A stretch of DNA of 64,000 nt, from the NCBI GenBank assembly GCA_946184125.1, contig CAMHEL010000003.1, forward strand, positions 4,489 through 68,488, in the 5' to 3' direction. Numbering within the stretch: position 1 is the stretch's first letter; each line of letters starts with the position of its first letter. Below, piece by piece: positions 17,486 through 26,775 of the stretch. The translations under genes and the position numbers were made by a program. A model generated the notes under the pieces. That model did not search any database and was not told where the DNA came from. It saw only the letters and a list, made by a program, of their open reading frames with translations. The DNA is from an uncultured Prevotellaceae bacterium (GTDB lineage Bacteria > Bacteroidota > Bacteroidia > Bacteroidales > Bacteroidaceae).

Positions 17486-19246
17486 ATGAAAAAAATAGCA
17501 TATTTTTTAAGCGCAGCACTCTTCGCAGGCACGCTCGCTTCGTGCGACCTTGACTCGATGAGCATGACTTCGAAGGACACATCCAACTTCCCTGTCAATG
17601 CCGAGGATGCCGCACAGGCTCTGGCCGGTATCTATCAGAACCTCAATGCTGTGAATGCCAACCCACAGGAGACCTGGCATTACTATGCCATGCTGGCCAG
17701 CGACGACCAATTTGGCGGCGGCGGCACCAACGACAAGCTGATGCAGGCCATGGACCTCATACTCAACTACAACACCGACATGACCGGCGATTTCTGGCAG
17801 CAGCGCTACCAGGGCATCAACCGTGCCAACACCCTCCTCGAAGCACTCGAGAAAGTGGAGTTCGACCCCGTGGAGAAAGCCCAGACCAAGGGCGAGGCAC
17901 TCTTCATGAGAGCATTCTTCTACTATGAGCTGGCCTCGATGTACGGAAACGTGCCACTCATCGTCACAGCCAAGAAACCCGAAGAGGTAACACCTCCAAC
18001 AGCAGCCCAACTCTGGGGACAAATCCTCCAAGACCTGCGCGACGCCAGCGACATCATGCCTAAGGTGCGCAAAACCGACGGACACGTCGACAAATATTGC
18101 GCAGAGGCCCTGCTCGGACGCTGCTGGCTCTTCTACACCGGCTTCTATTGCAATGGAGAAAAGATTGCCGACCTCGTGAGCACCAACTACAGCCCGCTCT
18201 CATCGGTACAGCTGCCCGACGGAACCACACTGACCAAAGACCAGGTCATCGCCTACATCGACGACTGCGTCAACAATTCTGGCTACTCGCTGGTGCCCGA
18301 CTTCCGCAACCTCTGGGCTTACACCAACCGCTGCACCGTGGAAGACTATGACTACACCAAGGGACAAGGCTTGAAATGGGTGGAGGACGACAACGGCATC
18401 AACCCCGAGTCGATGTTCGCAGTGAAGTTCAACAAAATGGCTTCATGGTCGACCACCATCGGCTATGCCAACGGCTACTCCCTGCACTTCGGCGTGCGTG
18501 GCGGTCAGGCTTATGCCAACACCTTCCCCTTCGGACAAGGATGGGGCGCTGGACCTGTGGCCACCAATCTCGTGAAAGACTGGAAAAACGCTGAGCCAAG
18601 AGACAAGCGCTTCGATGCCACCATTCTTAATTTCAACGACCTGCCCGGCTACACCAAAGGTGGATGGGAGGACTTCGTACAGGAGACCGACTATTATGGC
18701 AAGAAACTCTCGCCCATCACTTCCAAGAAGGAAGACGGCGACTACTGGTGCACCTTCGAGAACCAGATGTATCCCGGCAACTGGGAAATCTCCGGCGAGG
18801 AGAACTTCCAGCTGGGCAACATCCACGACATGGTGCTCATCCGCTTCGCCGAGGTGCTCCTCATGCAGAGCGAGCTGAAGGGCGACACCGGCGGCATGAA
18901 CAAACTGCGCGCACGTGCCGGACTCGACCCCGTGCCCAACTACAGCCTCGAGGCGCTGCAGAGAGAGCGCCGATGGGAACTGGCCTTCGAGGGACTGCGC
19001 TTCAACGACATCCGACGCTGGCACATCGCTGCCGCTGCATTGGACAAACAGCTCGACCAGGAATGCTACTACTGCGGGCGTCCGTCAACCAACTTCGCCC
19101 ACAACGGTGGCTACTCCACACGCTACAAAGCAACTGCTGGCTTCCAGAAATTCCCCGAAACAGAGATTATCCTCTCAGAGGGTGCATTAAAGCAGAACGA
19201 AGGATGGACTACTTCCGACAGCGAATACATCGACTGGAACAACTAA
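17486..19246 (+). CDS. SusD/RagB-family nutrient-binding outer-membrane lipoprotein
   Basis: Lipobox LASC. It lies immediately downstream of the SusC-like gene. The C-terminal block ERRWELAFEGLRFNDIRRW is typical of SusD-like proteins. Confidence 0.88.
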   Translation: MKKIAYFLSAALFAGTLASCDLDSMSMTSKDTSNFPVNAEDAAQALAGIYQNLNAVNANPQETWHYYAMLASDDQFGGGGTNDKLMQAMDLILNYNTDMTGDFWQQRYQGINRANTLLEALEKVEFDPVEKAQTKGEALFMRAFFYYELASMYGNVPLIVTAKKPEEVTPPTAAQLWGQILQDLRDASDIMPKVRKTDGHVDKYCAEALLGRCWLFYTGFYCNGEKIADLVSTNYSPLSSVQLPDGTTLTKDQVIAYIDDCVNNSGYSLVPDFRNLWAYTNRCTVEDYDYTKGQGLKWVEDDNGINPESMFAVKFNKMASWSTTIGYANGYSLHFGVRGGQAYANTFPFGQGWGAGPVATNLVKDWKNAEPRDKRFDATILNFNDLPGYTKGGWEDFVQETDYYGKKLSPITSKKEDGDYWCTFENQMYPGNWEISGEENFQLGNIHDMVLIRFAEVLLMQSELKGDTGGMNKLRARAGLDPVPNYSLEALQRERRWELAFEGLRFNDIRRWHIAAAALDKQLDQECYYCGRPSTNFAHNGGYSTRYKATAGFQKFPETEIILSEGALKQNEGWTTSDSEYIDWNN

Positions 19247-19275
19247 TGCATCTGCCGTATAAACTATTAAACTGA

Positions 19276-20811
19276 ATGAAAATGAAAAAGATAATATTTG
19301 GACTATTTGCTGCCGTCGGATTGCTTACTGCATGCGATCCTTCTGTTGACAGCATCAGCGCTCCTGCATCAACACTTACCAACCAGTTGGTGGACAATGA
19401 GTTCTCCTTCGAGCAGTATTCATTCAACGAGGATGACGGTACATACACCAAGGCTTCCGATGGAAACTACTTCTTCTTCAAGGTTGGCGCTCCCTACAAG
19501 TCGGTGGTGATTTACAACTTCGACCAAGACGGCAAAGAGAACATCCTTGCCGGAGGTATGAGCGGCAACTTCAAAATCCAGCCCAAACGTGGCAGCAACC
19601 CCAACCAGACGTTCTACGTACGTGCCGTGGACAAGGATGGCACCGTGGTGGAAGTCAAGAAAGACGTCGTGGTCTTTGTACCCACCGAACTGCCCATGGA
19701 AATGAGAAACATCTGCAGCGCCGATGGTGTGAAGACCTGGACATGGGACACCGACTGGCGTGCCGACGGTGCCGTCTGGGGTAACCTCGGCTATGCCCCC
19801 GGCGACGGCGACTCCTTCGTCAACGACGGCAACGGCATCTGGTGGGGATGCTCACCGGCTGACCTGACCGGACAGCTCAAACACTCCGACACCGGCGTGG
19901 CTACCGGCGAGGAGGACCCCAAAGCATACATGACATTCGACGAGGACGGCAACGTGAAGTGCTTCGCTGCCGACGGCGTGCAAATCCGCTCGGGCAAGTT
20001 CCGCATCACCAACTTTGACAAGGGCAAGCGCTCGTTCGCTTCCGTCGATGGCAGCCAGGCCGCTTGGTCGCTCGGAACACTGCACACCGATGCTGGATGC
20101 ATCCTCTTCCCCTTCAAAATCAATGGCGGCGGCGAGAAACCGACCGACTTTGAAATCATGCAGCTCGACGGCAGCAACCTCAAACTCATCTACGCCGCTC
20201 CTGGCACAGGCAGCTGGTCTGAGGCCACATGGTGGGCGTTCAAAACCATTTCCGATGGCGAGGGCGCACTGACCAACTACAGCGAGAAGTCATGGACATG
20301 GGACGGCAACTGGCGCGGCGACGGCGCCGTATGGGGCAACCTCGGCTATGCTCCCGGCGGCGGTGACACCTTCGTCAACGACGGCAACGGCATCTGGTGG
20401 GGATGTCCTCCGGCTGACCTGACAGGACAGCTCGGGCACTCCGACACTGGCGTGGCTACCGGCGAGGAGGATGCCAACGCATACATGACCTTCAACTACG
20501 ACAAGAACACCGTTACCACCTATGATGGCAATGGCAACCAAATCCGCTCGGGTAAGTTCGAAATCACACAGTGGGGCAAGGGCGCACGCACCATTCCATC
20601 TGTCGATGGCAGTCAGGCCGCATGGGCTCAGGGTGTGCTCCACACCGATGCTGGAAGCATCCTCTTCCCCTTCAAGATTAATGGCGGTGGAGAGAAACCG
20701 ACCGACTTCGAGATTATGCAGCTCGACGGCAGCAAGATGAAACTCATCTATGCAGCTCCAGGCACAGGCAGCTGGTCTGAGGCCACATGGTGGGCGTTCA
20801 AGAAGAAGTAA
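19276..20811 (+). CDS. Surface lipoprotein with two tandem ~185-aa repeat domains (candidate surface glycan-binding protein of the locus)
   Basis: Lipobox LLTAC. It occupies the third position after susC/susD. An internal duplication is visible: WTWD.DWR.DGAVWGNLGYAPG.GD.FVNDGNGIWWGC.PADLTGQL.HSDTGVATGEED ... ILFPFKINGGGEKPTDFEIMQLDGS..KLIYAAPGTGSWSEATWWAFK occurs twice. Confidence 0.55.
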   Translation: MKMKKIIFGLFAAVGLLTACDPSVDSISAPASTLTNQLVDNEFSFEQYSFNEDDGTYTKASDGNYFFFKVGAPYKSVVIYNFDQDGKENILAGGMSGNFKIQPKRGSNPNQTFYVRAVDKDGTVVEVKKDVVVFVPTELPMEMRNICSADGVKTWTWDTDWRADGAVWGNLGYAPGDGDSFVNDGNGIWWGCSPADLTGQLKHSDTGVATGEEDPKAYMTFDEDGNVKCFAADGVQIRSGKFRITNFDKGKRSFASVDGSQAAWSLGTLHTDAGCILFPFKINGGGEKPTDFEIMQLDGSNLKLIYAAPGTGSWSEATWWAFKTISDGEGALTNYSEKSWTWDGNWRGDGAVWGNLGYAPGGGDTFVNDGNGIWWGCPPADLTGQLGHSDTGVATGEEDANAYMTFNYDKNTVTTYDGNGNQIRSGKFEITQWGKGARTIPSVDGSQAAWAQGVLHTDAGSILFPFKINGGGEKPTDFEIMQLDGSKMKLIYAAPGTGSWSEATWWAFKKK

Positions 20812-20833
20812 TAACCTCTTCATCAGCATATTT

Positions 20834-20874
20834 AGAGGGTGTGCCAACAACTATGTGGCACGCCCTCTTTTTTT
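20834..20874 (+). terminator. Rho-independent terminator of the susC/susD/lipoprotein operon
   Basis: AGAGGGTGTGCCA-loop-TGGCACGCCCTCT followed by TTTTTTT. Confidence 0.75.
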
Positions 20875-20957
20875 CAAAGCAAAGTTTTTCTGAGAGTGAA
20901 AGGCCAGTCCCTCGGATTTCCGAACTTACCTACTGACCTACTTACGAAAAAGAGACC

Positions 20958-22565
20958 TTAACCTTTTTGCGGAATAGACTTCCATTCCGTGATGTTGCGC
21001 TCCTCGGACGAGAAGGCGATGCCCACTTTGGTGACGGGCCGCCCGTCGAGGCGGTATCTGTCGGCATAGCCGCGCTGCTCTATCTGCCGGAGGGCTGCCT
21101 CGGCGGTGTCGTCGTACTTGATTTCGATGACGTAGATGCCTCCGGGCATTTTCAGGATGATGTCGGCACGCCCCTTGGCGGAAGGCTCCTCGGCGGAGAT
21201 GTCGGCTCCGAAGGCGGTGAGGAGGGTGTAGAGGATGGCGTGGTAATGGCGCTCACCCTTCCCGTTGAGATAATAGGGAATGCCAGAGAAGAATGTCCGC
21301 ATGGCCTCGATGAAGGGCGGCAGGTCGTCGGACTCATAGAAATCATAATAGGCCTCCAAAAGGGCGTTCTTGGTTTTGTCAGCTCCTCTCCAAACGGCTA
21401 TATATTGGTATAGACTGTTGGAGAAGCTCCTCCGCACTTCGGCATTGGGTAAGCCCAACGTATAGGTCCGTCGTAACTTCCGGTAATCCTTGATGGTGAG
21501 GAAACCACTTTGGTAGAGCACGGGCATGGGCTTCGAATAGCTGTTGAACGGCACATCGAAATCCTCGGCAGAGCATGCCACACCGTCGATGTCGGTCAAC
21601 TCAAGTGGCGGCATCTGCGACAGCATATCAATGACGGCACTGGGTGTCGCACTGTCGAACCAGTAGTCGGAAATATCTCCATTGCTGAACGCGTTGAACA
21701 GACTGAAGGGGTTGTAGATGTCGGTCATGCTTTTGCCGAAGTGGTAGCCGTCGTACATCCGCTTCAGTTCGGCGAAGGTCTCGTCGTAGGTCTCCCCCTG
21801 CTTCTTGGCCAGCAATTCGATGTCGGGCTGCAGCAGGGTGGTGAGTTCCTGCTCGGTGATGCCGCAGAGCGCCTCGTAATCCGTTGCCATGGAAATGTTC
21901 TTCAGGTTGTTGAGCGTGCTGAAGATGCCCATCTGCGAGAACTTCGAAATGCCGGTGATGAAGACGAGCTGCAGGTGGTCGTCGAGCGATTTGAGCGGAC
22001 TGAAGAGGGTGGAGAACAGTGTGCGCACGCCATTCTCCACTTCCGTGTCTCCGATGTTGTGGAGCATGAAGGCGTCGTACTCGTCGACGATGACCACTAC
22101 GCGCCGACCCGTCTGGCGGTGGGCTTCCTCAACGACGGCACTGAAACGGATGCCGAAGTCGCTGTATTGCGACGGGATGCTGTATTCGCGTTCATATCGT
22201 GAAAGTATGCTTTCTATCAGTTCACTGAGCACCTCGACGGTGTAATTCTTTGTCTTGCTGAAGTCGAAGCGGAGGACGGGATGCTTCTGCCACTTCCAGT
22301 CTGTGGTGGCGATGAAGAGCTGCGGCTGCTCGATGCCATCCTCGGTGGTGAAGGCCTCGAAAAGTTCGCGGCGCCCCTGGAAGACGGCCTCGAGGGTGGA
22401 GCAAAGCAACGACTTGCCGAACCGCCTGGGGCGGCTCAGGAAATAGGGCTTTCCCTCTGTGATCATCTTGTAGACGAGGGGAGTCTTGTCCACATACAAA
22501 TAGCCATCCATGCGGATGCTCTCAAAGCTCTGGATGCCCACCGGGTATTTTCTCAAAGGTGCCAT
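20958..22565 (-). CDS. AAA-ATPase-like N-terminal domain plus PD-(D/E)XK nuclease-like C-terminal domain protein
   Basis: N-terminus YPVGIQSFESIRMDGYLYVDKTPLVYKM..YFLSRPRRFGKSL. C-terminus GRADIILKMPGGIYVIEIKYD. This architecture is common in Bacteroidales. Confidence 0.75.
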   Translation of the reverse strand: MAPLRKYPVGIQSFESIRMDGYLYVDKTPLVYKMITEGKPYFLSRPRRFGKSLLCSTLEAVFQGRRELFEAFTTEDGIEQPQLFIATTDWKWQKHPVLRFDFSKTKNYTVEVLSELIESILSRYEREYSIPSQYSDFGIRFSAVVEEAHRQTGRRVVVIVDEYDAFMLHNIGDTEVENGVRTLFSTLFSPLKSLDDHLQLVFITGISKFSQMGIFSTLNNLKNISMATDYEALCGITEQELTTLLQPDIELLAKKQGETYDETFAELKRMYDGYHFGKSMTDIYNPFSLFNAFSNGDISDYWFDSATPSAVIDMLSQMPPLELTDIDGVACSAEDFDVPFNSYSKPMPVLYQSGFLTIKDYRKLRRTYTLGLPNAEVRRSFSNSLYQYIAVWRGADKTKNALLEAYYDFYESDDLPPFIEAMRTFFSGIPYYLNGKGERHYHAILYTLLTAFGADISAEEPSAKGRADIILKMPGGIYVIEIKYDDTAEAALRQIEQRGYADRYRLDGRPVTKVGIAFSSEERNITEWKSIPQKG

Positions 22566-22678
22566 GACGAAGGATGTGTTTGTTTTCGGCCGCTAAGTTA
22601 GCATATTATTACGAGATTTCCAAATAAATGTCGAGGAACGAAGATAGAAGTTGGATATGCGGCATTAGAAAATAGTGT

Positions 22679-22712
22679 ACAAAAAAGCAGGCTGAATGAT
22701 TTCAGCCTGCTT
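22679..22712 (-). terminator. Rho-independent terminator (minus strand) after 22736..23257
   Basis: The minus strand reads AAGCAGGCTGAA-ATCA-TTCAGCCTGCTT followed by TTTTTT. Confidence 0.7.
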
Positions 22713-22735
22713 CCAACAATATATTTTCTTGTTTT

Positions 22736-23257
22736 TTACTCGTAATACTCTATGGTGCGCTGCTCTTCCATTTCCTGGCCCATCATGGAAGTCTTGCGGC
22801 TAATCCAGTTGCCCTTGGAATCATACTTGTAGTCGGTGTAGGGAGTTTCCATCTGCTGGCCACCCATGTCCATCACGGTCTTTACAAGAACGCCTTTGTC
22901 ATCGTAGACATTCGTGCTCTGGAACGAACCCATCTGGGTCTCAATGGTCTGGCTCTTCACTTTGCCATTCTCCCATGTGTATTTGAAGGTGAGTTCCATC
23001 TCCATTCCCTGGCCATTGACCTTCATCTTTGCCGACTGGAGATAGCCATCGGCATCATACACAGCATTGGTCATGCCCTCTTGCTGCATCTTGCCATCTT
23101 GAGTGAAAGTGATGGACACGGGGTTGCCCATACGGGAAGATTTAATCGACTTCACCGCACCTTTGGCGTCGTTCGCCTCAACGTCGTGGAACTTGGTTTG
23201 TGCTTGCAATGCAAATGGTACAAGGAAAAGTACCAACATCATTAATGCTTTTTTCAT
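22736..23257 (-). CDS. Small secreted Met/Gln-rich hypothetical protein
   Basis: Start chosen at MKKALMMLVLFLVPFALQAQ (signal peptide, no lipobox Cys). About 13 Met in the ~150-aa mature part. No family recognised. Confidence 0.5.
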   Translation of the reverse strand: MKKALMMLVLFLVPFALQAQTKFHDVEANDAKGAVKSIKSSRMGNPVSITFTQDGKMQQEGMTNAVYDADGYLQSAKMKVNGQGMEMELTFKYTWENGKVKSQTIETQMGSFQSTNVYDDKGVLVKTVMDMGGQQMETPYTDYKYDSKGNWISRKTSMMGQEMEEQRTIEYYE

Positions 23258-23408
23258 CTCTTTTAAAATTTTGATTGGTTGAAATAAAGTTAGTCTTACC
23301 ATACAGCTCCTTCCCTGTCAAGGAAAAAGCGACAAGGTTGATTCTCTATTAAAACGTTTTTTTATCCAAAAGGTTTAATCGTTATTGGCTTTTTTCATTC
23401 ATAAATGC

Positions 23409-23416
23409 TATATTTG
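23409..23416 (+). promoter_or_regulatory. -7 promoter box TATATTTG
   Basis: TAnnTTTG match 19 nt upstream of the ATG at 23435. It lies inside the longer ORF (23405), which favours the 23435 start. Confidence 0.4.
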
Positions 23417-23434
23417 CAGACAAATTGCAGAAGA

Positions 23435-24619
23435 ATGAGAAGAACTATCATCTGGATTGGGGCACTCATCGTTGGTGGTGTGCTAGGAATGCTTGGCATC
23501 GGTTGGCTCGACCAACTGATGAATTTCGTGGCCACTGTCTATACAAGGCTCTTCCAACTGCTGGCAGTGCCTACCATCATACTGGCCGTCGTCACCACTT
23601 TCGCCACCTTCGGCTCCAAAGGATACGGCAAAATCTTCGGGCGCACGCTGACCTACACGCTGCTGACCACGCTGGCTGCCGCTGCAGTGGGCGCCATGCT
23701 CTATATGCTGGTGGCACCGGGCAACTTGCCGCCAGATGCCATCAGCCAAGGCAGCGAAACGATGGAGACGCCACAACTCTCGTATTATGAGCATTTCATC
23801 AGCGTCATTCCCAACAATATCGTCAAGCCCATCCTTGAGGGGAATGTCCTCTCACTGCTCCTGCTGGCCTTCGCCGTCGGCATCGGACTGTCGAAGTTGC
23901 CGGAATCGGAAAACAAAGCGGTCGTGGTGAAGGGACTGCTCGGACTTCAGGAACTGCTCTTCCTGCTCATCCGCGCACTGATATGGACGCTGCCCCTCGG
24001 CATCGTGGCCTTCTCGGCACAACTTTCGGCGCAGGTCTCGGCAGGCGTGATGGCACAATCCATCGGCAAATATGTGCTGGTCATCCTGGGCGGAAACCTC
24101 ATACAGTTCTTCGTCGTACTCCCGCTCTTCCTGTTCGCACGAGGCCTCAATCCCTTCCATGTCATGGGCAGGATGATGCCGGCCGTACTGACGGCCTTCT
24201 TCACCAAGAGCAGCGCCGCCACACTGCCTGTCACCATGGAAACCGCCGAAGAAAGGCTGGGCATCCGCCAAGGCGTGGCACGGTTTGTGCTGCCCCTCTG
24301 CACAACCATCAATATGAACGGATGCGCCGCCTTCATCCTCGTCACCTCGCTCTTCGTCATGCAGAACGGAGGGACGCCCATCACTCTCGCCACCATATTG
24401 CTGTGGATGGTCATCTCCGTCGTCTCTGCCGTCGGCAACGCAGGGGTGCCGATGGGCTGCTATTTCCTCACCCTGTCGCTGATGTCGGGCATCGGGGCAC
24501 CCGTCGCCATCCTGGGCATCATACTGCCCATCTACACCATCATCGACATGATAGAAACGGCCGAAAACGTGTGGTCGGACTCCTGCGTCGCAGCGATGGT
24601 GAACCAAGGGGTGAAGTAA
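23435..24619 (+). CDS. Dicarboxylate/amino acid:cation symporter (DAACS/GltP family)
   Basis: Polytopic protein. Family motifs FFTKSSAATLPV and TTINMNGCA are present. Confidence 0.85.
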   Translation: MRRTIIWIGALIVGGVLGMLGIGWLDQLMNFVATVYTRLFQLLAVPTIILAVVTTFATFGSKGYGKIFGRTLTYTLLTTLAAAAVGAMLYMLVAPGNLPPDAISQGSETMETPQLSYYEHFISVIPNNIVKPILEGNVLSLLLLAFAVGIGLSKLPESENKAVVVKGLLGLQELLFLLIRALIWTLPLGIVAFSAQLSAQVSAGVMAQSIGKYVLVILGGNLIQFFVVLPLFLFARGLNPFHVMGRMMPAVLTAFFTKSSAATLPVTMETAEERLGIRQGVARFVLPLCTTINMNGCAAFILVTSLFVMQNGGTPITLATILLWMVISVVSAVGNAGVPMGCYFLTLSLMSGIGAPVAILGIILPIYTIIDMIETAENVWSDSCVAAMVNQGVK

Positions 24620-24628
24620 ATCCAGGCC

Positions 24629-25414
24629 TCACACCAGTCCGAAGTGGCGCAGGGCGTTCAGGATGCCATCCTCATCGACGGAGGTTGTCGTATGGTCGGC
24701 CTCCTGCTTCAGCGATTCGAGGGCGTTGCCCATTGCTACACCCACTCCCGCCGTCCTTATCATGGAGGTGTCGTTGCCGCCATCGCCAAAGGCCATCGTG
24801 TATTGAGGGTCGATGCCCAGATGTGCCGCCATGGCCAGTATCCCCTCCCCCTTGTCAGCGCCCTTGGCCGTGATGTCGGTGAAGGCAGGATGCCAACGGC
24901 CTGAAGTGCTGTTGGGTATACGGGCCATCAACTCACATTCATAGTCTGCGGTGAAAAAGGTTGTGAGCTGCAGGATGCGCTGCCCGAGGACAAGGTCCAG
25001 CGGTTTTGCCTCGCTGAGATTTTCCACTGCCAGTTCCTGTCGGAAAATGCGGTCCACCTCGCCCTGAGGGTCGAGCACCGCCATGTCCTTTTCGCCGATG
25101 ACGATGACACCATAGTTCTTTTCCTGAGCATCGCTCACCACTAGCCGCACCTCTTCCTGACTGATAGCCTTGCACCTGACCGTCTCGTCGCCGATGAAAC
25201 AAAGTGCCCCATTGATGGTCACATAACCATCGATGAGGTGATGGATGGCCCCAAGGTTGGTAATGATGACCGGCGGTCTCCCCGTGGCGATGAACACACG
25301 GTGCCCATTGGCCTTTGCCTGGGTCAGAGCCAGTATCGTTGACGGGGGTATTTGGTGGGTCTTGAAACTCACCAGCGTCCCATCGATGTCAAAAAACAAT
25401 GCGTATTTCTCCAT
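24629..25414 (-). CDS. Cof-type HAD-IIB family hydrolase
   Basis: Motifs FFDIDGTL, ATGRP and AFGDGGND. Confidence 0.88.
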   Translation of the reverse strand: MEKYALFFDIDGTLVSFKTHQIPPSTILALTQAKANGHRVFIATGRPPVIITNLGAIHHLIDGYVTINGALCFIGDETVRCKAISQEEVRLVVSDAQEKNYGVIVIGEKDMAVLDPQGEVDRIFRQELAVENLSEAKPLDLVLGQRILQLTTFFTADYECELMARIPNSTSGRWHPAFTDITAKGADKGEGILAMAAHLGIDPQYTMAFGDGGNDTSMIRTAGVGVAMGNALESLKQEADHTTTSVDEDGILNALRHFGLV

Positions 25415-25665
25415 TTACTTTTCCCCATGATTACTTGCAGTTGACCAGGCAGTATGTTGCCGGCCTCATGAAAATCACTGCCCATATTTCGGGCAAAATT
25501 AAGAAAAAAAGTCTAACTGCCACAAAGAAACATGAAAAAACGCTCGGTAAGAGTCGCACGGGCTTTCTAATACACCTTGCCTGGTGTCTCTACACAATGG
25601 AGTGTTTGAGGGCATTGCCCATGTTGTTTTTTAGGAATTTATTTTGTCTTCTACTCGATTTGGAT

Positions 25666-25673
25666 TATCTTTG
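25666..25673 (+). promoter_or_regulatory. -7 promoter box TATCTTTG
   Basis: TAnnTTTG match 152 nt upstream of the ATG at 25825. This implies a long leader. Confidence 0.3.
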
Positions 25674-25824
25674 CAGTGTCCTTGCCAGTGGTCCCAACAG
25701 CCAAGGGGAGATGATGCCACCCATGGGATGCATCTGCATTTTTGTCCTAATACCTCGTCTCAAAAACTATTGGAATGCAGAGGATTGAGTGGAAGTATTT
25801 TTTGAACACTAAATATCCAGACGT

Positions 25825-26673
25825 ATGAAAAACTTGAAATTATTGTTTTCGTTAGTGGCCCTTGTGGCCTTGTCATTGGCCGTGGTATGCTGCGGTTCAA
25901 AGAAAGAGAAGGAAGAAGAGAAGAGCTATTTGGTGCTCTACTACTCGCAGACGTCGAACACGAAGACCGTGGCCCAGGAAATCGCCACCCGTCTCAATGC
26001 CGACATGGAGGAAATCGTGCCCGTCAATCCATACGATGGCGACTTCCAGGCTACGATAGAGCGGTGCAACAAGGACCGCGAGGAGGGCGTCACGCCCGAA
26101 ATCAAACCGATAACCTCCGACCTCTCCAAATACGACGTGATTTTCATCGGCTACCCGGTATGGTTCGGCACTTATGCTCCTCCCGTGGCCGCCTTCTTGG
26201 AAAAGGCCGACCTGAGCGGGAAGAAGATAGTGCCCTTCTGCACCTTCGGCAGCGGTGGCCTCGTCTCGAGTGTCAACGACCTGAAGGAGAAAGCCCCTGG
26301 GGCAGAGGTTCTTCCGGGCTATGGCGTCCGTGCCGCCCGCATGTCGGCCGTGCCTGGTGAGGTCGACCAGTTTCTGAAGGCTGGCGGTTTCATCGAGGGT
26401 GAATACACCGAGCCCGAGGCATTCCCCGAGTCGCATCCCGTGACTGCTGAGGAGTCCACCATCTTCGATGCTGCCGTGAAAGACTATCCCATGATTCAGG
26501 CGAAAGCCACCGCCGTGGCTTCACGCACCATCGCCGGGGGTGTGGAGTATCTCTTCACCGCCACCGACCTTCCCCGCAAGGATGGCCAGCAGGCGCCTCC
26601 TCCAGGCGAGATGAAGGTCTACGTCACTGTGGCAGAGGGCGAAGCCCCTGTGTTCACCCAGGTGGTCAGGTAG
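25825..26673 (+). CDS. Flavodoxin-like-domain lipoprotein with an extra C-terminal domain
   Basis: Signal peptide with lipobox AVVCCG. Flavodoxin-like core YLVLYYSQTSNTKTVAQEIA ... VIFIGYPVWFGTYAPP ... PFCTFGSGG. An unrecognised C-terminal domain of about 110 aa follows. Confidence 0.65.
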   Translation: MKNLKLLFSLVALVALSLAVVCCGSKKEKEEEKSYLVLYYSQTSNTKTVAQEIATRLNADMEEIVPVNPYDGDFQATIERCNKDREEGVTPEIKPITSDLSKYDVIFIGYPVWFGTYAPPVAAFLEKADLSGKKIVPFCTFGSGGLVSSVNDLKEKAPGAEVLPGYGVRAARMSAVPGEVDQFLKAGGFIEGEYTEPEAFPESHPVTAEESTIFDAAVKDYPMIQAKATAVASRTIAGGVEYLFTATDLPRKDGQQAPPPGEMKVYVTVAEGEAPVFTQVVR

Positions 26674-26695
26674 TCACCGTATTCCGTACATCCAG

Positions 26696-26733
26696 AAAAA
26701 GGTCGGGGTCCACAGCGTGTCCCCGACCTTTTT
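26696..26733. terminator. Bidirectional rho-independent terminator
   Basis: AAAAA-GGTCGGGG-loop(12)-CCCCGACC-TTTTT, between convergent genes. Confidence 0.75.
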
Positions 26734-26775
26734 CTATATCTGAAAGGAGCATCTCATGCCCCCCCTTTCTTCCGA

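Noticed and set aside
22586-22605. 13-nt sequence TAACTTAGCGGCC shared (on opposite strands) between about 22590 and about 51727, both upstream of genes
   Set aside because: Dozens of 13-mer coincidences are expected by chance in a 64-kb window when both strands are considered. There is no further extended similarity.
25399-25788. 129-aa ORF in the HAD-flavodoxin intergenic region
   Set aside because: No motifs and odd composition. It contains the predicted promoter box for the flavodoxin-like gene. I also looked for riboswitch-like conserved cores (FMN, cobalamin) in this 410-bp spacer and saw none.
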